A DNA stretch of 64,000 bases from Scenedesmus sp. PABB004 (lineage: Eukaryota): contig CM026547.1 in NCBI GenBank assembly GCA_014905635.1, forward strand, positions 1,550,001 through 1,614,000, written 5' to 3'. Shown here in pieces: positions 59,739-64,000 of this stretch (position 1 is its first letter; the number at the start of each line of letters is the position of its first letter). The notes under the pieces are model-generated. The model made no database searches and was not told where the DNA came from. It worked only from the letters and a program-made list of their open reading frames with translations. Position numbers and translations under genes: made by a program.

Positions 59739-62700
59739 ATGGGCGTGCCCGCCTTCTACCGCTGGCTGTCCGACCGCTACCCCAAGATCGTGCGGGATGT
59801 GATCGAGGAGCAGCAGCAGTGGGTGGACGGCGAGGAGGTGCCGCTCGACACGTCCAAGCCCAACCCAAACGGCGAGGAGTTCGACAACCTCTACCTGGTG
59901 CGCCGCCCGCCCGCCCGCCCGCCCGCCCGCCGCCGCCCGCCCGCCCCGCTGCTCGCCCCCTCCGCCCTGCCGCTGCGGCGGCGCCGGCGGCGGCGCGCGC
60001 TGCCGCCGCGGGCGGTCCGGCGCCGGCGCGCCCGCGAGCTGCCGCCGGCGCGCCGCTTGCAGGACATGAACGGCATCATCCACCCCTGCTTCCACCCCGA
60101 GGACAGGGTGCGCGCGGCGCGCCCTCCCCTGCCCAGCGCCGCGCGGCGCTGCGCGCGGCCGCACGGCCGCGCACGTGGGCGCGGGCGCCGGCCGCTGCCA
60201 GCCACGCCGACCGCTGCCGGCTGCTGCCGACCGCCGCGCCGCCGCGGCGCGCGCCGCCGCGCAGCCCGCGCCGACGAGCGAGGTGGAGGTCTTCCAGAAC
60301 ATCTTTGACTACATCGACCGCCTTTTTGCCATCGTGCGCCCCCGCCGCCTGCTCTACCTGGCCATCGGTGCGCGCCAGCAGCAGCAGGCGCCACGCCGGC
60401 AGGCGGAGCGGCCGCGGCGGCGGCGGCGGCAGCAGCGGCGGCGGCGGCTGGAGCAGCGGCGGCGGACGCGGGCGCAGCAGGCGCGGGCGTGGCAGCGCCC
60501 GGCGCCGACGCGGCCGCCCGCCCGCCGCCCGCGCCCGCGCCCGCCCCGCAGACGGCACCGCGCCGCGCGCCAAGATGAACCAGCAGCGCTCGCGGCGCTT
60601 CCGCGCGGCGCAGGACCTGGAGGAGAAGGCGCGCGCGCCGCTGCACGCCGCTGCACGCCGCCGCTGCACGCCGCCGCCGCGCCGGCCGCGCGCGCCGGCC
60701 CCGCGCCGGCCCCGCGCGCCGGCCCGCGCGCCTGCCCACCGCGCCGCGCCGCGCCCGCCGGGACGCGCAGGAGGCGGAGGAGGAGCGGCTGCGCGCGGAG
60801 TTTGAGAAGCAGGGCATCCACGTGCCGGTCAAGGGGCGCAGCGAGATTTTTGACTCCAATACCATCACGCCCGGCACGCCCTTCATGCACCGCCTCTCCA
60901 TCGCGCTGCAGTATTTCGTGCACCTCCGCCTCAACGGCGACCCCGGCTGGCGCGACATCGAGGCGCGGCGCGGCTGCGCGTCGCGGGGCCGCGCCGCCGC
61001 CGCCGCCGCCGCTGCCGCCGCCGCCCCGGCCGCCGCGCTGGCGCGCGCCCTCACCCCGCTCGCTCGCGCGGCCAGGTCATCCTGAGCGACGCCAACGTGC
61101 CGGGCGAGGGCGAGCACAAGGCGATGGCGTTTGTGCGCGAGCAGCGCGGGCAGCCCGGGTGGAACCCCAACACGCGGCACGTGATGTACGGCCTTGACGC
61201 CGACCTCATCATGCTCGCCCTCGCCACGCACGAGCCACACTTCACCATCCTGCGCGAGGCGCGCCACGCGGCCGCGCGCGGGGCGCCAGCGCGCGCGGCG
61301 CAGGGCTGGCGCGGCGAGCCGGGCGCGCCCCGCCCCGCGCCGCGCCTGCGCCCGCGCCGCCGCCCTCCGACGCCCGCCCCGCCCCGCGCCGCCGCGCCGC
61401 CGCGCCGCCGCGCCGCCCCGCGCCCCGCGCCCCGCGCCCCGCGCGCCGCGCAGGTGGTGTTCCAGGGCAAGCCGCCGCCCGCGGACAACCGGCCCGACGT
61501 CGCGGCGATGCTCGCGGCCGCGGGCGCCGCGGGCGGCGGCGGCGCCGCGGAGGAGCCGCGCGTCGAGGTCGCGCGCAAGCCGTTCCAGTTCCTGAGCGTC
61601 GTGCTGCTGCGCGAGTACCTGGCGCTCGAGTTCCGCATCCCCCACCTGCCCTTCCCCTTTGACCGGGAGCGCATCCTCGACGACTTTGTCTTCCTCTGCT
61701 TCTTCGTCGGCAACGACTTCCTGCCCCACATGCCCACGCTCGAGATCCGCGAGGCGCGCGCCGCGCCGCTGACGCCGCGCCGCCGCGCCCGCGCCCGCGC
61801 CGCCGCGCGGCCCCGCGCCGCTGTGCGGATCGCGCGCCGACTCCGCGCGCCGACGCCGTGCCCCCGTGCCGCGTCGGTTGCCGCCACCACGCAGGGCGCG
61901 ATCGACCTGATGATGTCGGTGTACAAGCAGATGCTGCCCAGCCTCGGCGGCTACCTCACGCGCGGCGCGCACGTGCGCCGCGCCGCGCGCGCGCCCTGCC
62001 GCGTCGCGCGCCTCGCCCCTGGCCCCCGGCCCGCCCGCCCCGGCCGACGCGCCGCCCGCCCCGCGCGTGTGTGTGCTGCCAGGTTGACCTGGCCAAGGTG
62101 GAGCGCTTCATCCAGCGCATCGGCGCCTACGAGGACACGATCTTCCAGAAGCGCATGCGCCTCCTCGCACGGCACGCGCGCACCCGCCACACCCGCCGCC
62201 ACCGCGCGTGCCCGGGCGGGGGCCCCGCCTCGGCGCGCGCGGCCGCCCACGCGCGCCGCCGCTCGCCGCCGCCGCGCAGGCAGCGCGACCGGCTGAAGCA
62301 CCAGCAGGCCGCCGACCGCGCGCGCCGCTCCAAGGCCAAGCGCAAGTACATCGGCGCCGACGGCGCGGCGCCGAGCGCGGAGGTCGCGGACCGCCTCGCG
62401 CCCGCGGCGGCGGCGGCCTGATGGCGGTCAAAGACCTCGCCCGCCACAAGCTCGACTTCTCAGGTGCGGCGCCAGCCCTGCGCCGCGCGCCCGTGTGCGC
62501 AGCGTGACCGCCCACGCGGGGGTGCCCTGGGGCGGCGCCAGCCCCACCGCGCGGCGCGAGCCCCGCCCACCGTGCGCCGCGCGCTGCGCTCGCGCCGCAC
62601 AGGCTCCAAGGGCCCGCACGCGCCGGGCCACCTGCGCTTCACGGACGAGGGCCAGGCCGTCGCCGGCAGCATCGGCGGCGTCGGCGCGGCGCCGCCGGGG

Positions 62701-64000
62701 CTGCGGCCCTCGGCCGCCGCGAGCAACAAGTCGGCCGCGCAGCTCCTGCGCGAGCGACTCAAGGGCGGCGGCAGCGGCACCGCTGGCGCCGCCGGCGGCG
62801 ACGCCAAGCCCGCCGCCGACGGCCCGGAGGTCAAGCAGGAGCCGGCCGACGGCGGCGACGGGGCGGCGCCGCCCGCGGCGCGGCGGCGGTCAAGCCCGAG
62901 CCCGGCGCCGCCGCCGAGAACGGCGGCGGCGGCGCGGCCAACGGCGCCGCCGCCGGCGCGGGCTCCGGGTCGGACGACGCCGCCACGCCCGGTGAGCCGC
63001 TGCCCAAGCGCGCCAAGGTCGACACGCCGCCGCCGGCGGACGCGGCCGACCGCGAGATGGCCACCCCCGGCGCCGAGGCGGACGCCGCGGCGGCGGGCGC
63101 GGCCGACATCGCCGCCGCCGGCGGCGGGAGGCCGGCGCGGGCGTGTCCGACGCGGAGGTGCTGGCGGTCGTGGCCGGCGGCGACCTGGTCGACGGCGAGG
63201 AGGAGGAGGCGGAGGAGGAGGACGAGGCGGACGACGACGACGACGACGAGGAGCCGCCCGTGGCCGACGCGGCGGCGCTGAAGCGCGTCGGGGCGCCGCC
63301 GCTGCCGCTCGGGCCCGGCGGCGCGCCGCTCGCGGCGGCGGACGCCGAGGCGATGGCCGAGTTCAAGGAGCACATTGAGGACCTGCTTAAGGGCCGCAGC
63401 GACCGGCTGGAGGAGAGCGCAGAGGCGGAGCAGAAGATCCGGCTCGGCGAGGCCGGCTGGAAGGCGCGGTGAGGGCCCAGGGGCGGGGCCGACCGGAGTG
63501 TGGCGGCGCCGGCGGCTGCCGCAAGCTCTCCCCTCCCCCCCTTCCACCCTCTGCACTCACCCACCCACCCACCCACCCACCCACCCACCCACCCACCCAC
63601 CCACCCACCCACGCAGGTACTACCAGGAGAAGATGGGCGCCGCGCCGGAGGAGCAGGGCCCCATCATCGCGGCTATCGTGCGCGCGTACGTGGAGGGGCT
63701 GTGCTGGGTCATGGCCTACTACTACGAGGGCGTCGCGAGCTGGGAGTGGTGCGCGGCCGGCCGCCGCCGCGCCCCCGCGCCGCGCCGCGCACTCGGCGGC
63801 CGCGCGCGACGCCGCTCGCCAGCCGCACTCGCACCCTTCAAACCCTCGCAAGCCTCTCAACCCCTAAACCTGAACCCTGACCCCCCACCTAAAACCTGCC
63901 GCCGCCGCCAGGTTTTACCCCTACCACTACGCCCCCTTTGCGAGCGACCTGACCGGCCTCGCCTCGCTCGACATCAAGTTCTCCATCGGGCGGCCCTTCA
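59739..64000 (+). CDS. XRN: 5'-3' exoribonuclease of the XRN2/3/4 (Rat1-type) family, runs off the window; three apparent 1-nt frameshifts in the linker (~62400, ~62875, ~63125)
   Basis: [122 protein letters not shown]. Confidence 0.96.
63558..63612. repeat. (CACC)n tetranucleotide microsatellite, ~13-14 units, directly before an XRN intron acceptor
   Basis: Read directly. Confidence 0.9.

Noticed and set aside
62419..62421. In-frame TGA in XRN as possible selenocysteine or readthrough
   Set aside because: Readthrough gives a non-conserved frame; a 1-nt shift restores the downstream SNKSAA block, so an indel fits better
113..63912. GC-AG introns as an introner (mobile intron) family
   Set aside because: I could not see near-identical intron copies, terminal inverted repeats or consistent target duplications; similarity is only compositional. 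An all-versus-all intron alignment would settle this

Overview
Gene-dense, extremely GC-rich (roughly 80% by eye) eukaryotic nuclear DNA. It is most likely from a chlorophycean green alga (Sphaeropleales-like); this is inferred from plastid-targeted genes, spliceosomal introns and TGTAA poly(A) signals. The supplied ORF track is largely misleading because real genes are split into short exons and GC-richness creates long spurious ORFs. By manual splicing I reconstruct 27 protein-coding genes: methyltransferase, F-box/FIST, NDUFB7, cation/H+ antiporter, deoxynucleoside kinase, PIG-O, ASF1, sulfotransferase-like, secreted beta-propeller, two ALMT/FUSC-like transporters, RFC3, TMEM135, TMEM208, Rieske protein, CTNNBL1, CBS protein, U2AF65-like, NAA50, UMP kinase, ZNHIT2, cysteine synthase, TPR protein, glycine-rich RRM protein, EsV-1-7-repeat protein, thioredoxin reductase and a partial XRN. 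I found no RNA genes, transposons or CRISPR arrays. The strongest unusual signal is the splicing system. About 30 of about 128 hand-inferred introns (about 23%) use GC donors, the donor consensus is G(T/C)GCG(C/G), and acceptors usually lack a U-rich polypyrimidine tract. A truncated single-RRM U2AF65 paralog lies in the same window. Other notable items are a transit-peptide-bearing thioredoxin reductase with a remodelled NADPH-binding motif, an EsV-1-7-repeat protein with a quasi-palindromic (LLYQQQ)7 array, nine head-to-head gene pairs, and a run of same-direction 1-nt frameshifts that are probably assembly errors. All gene models are hand-derived and unverified by RNA data.
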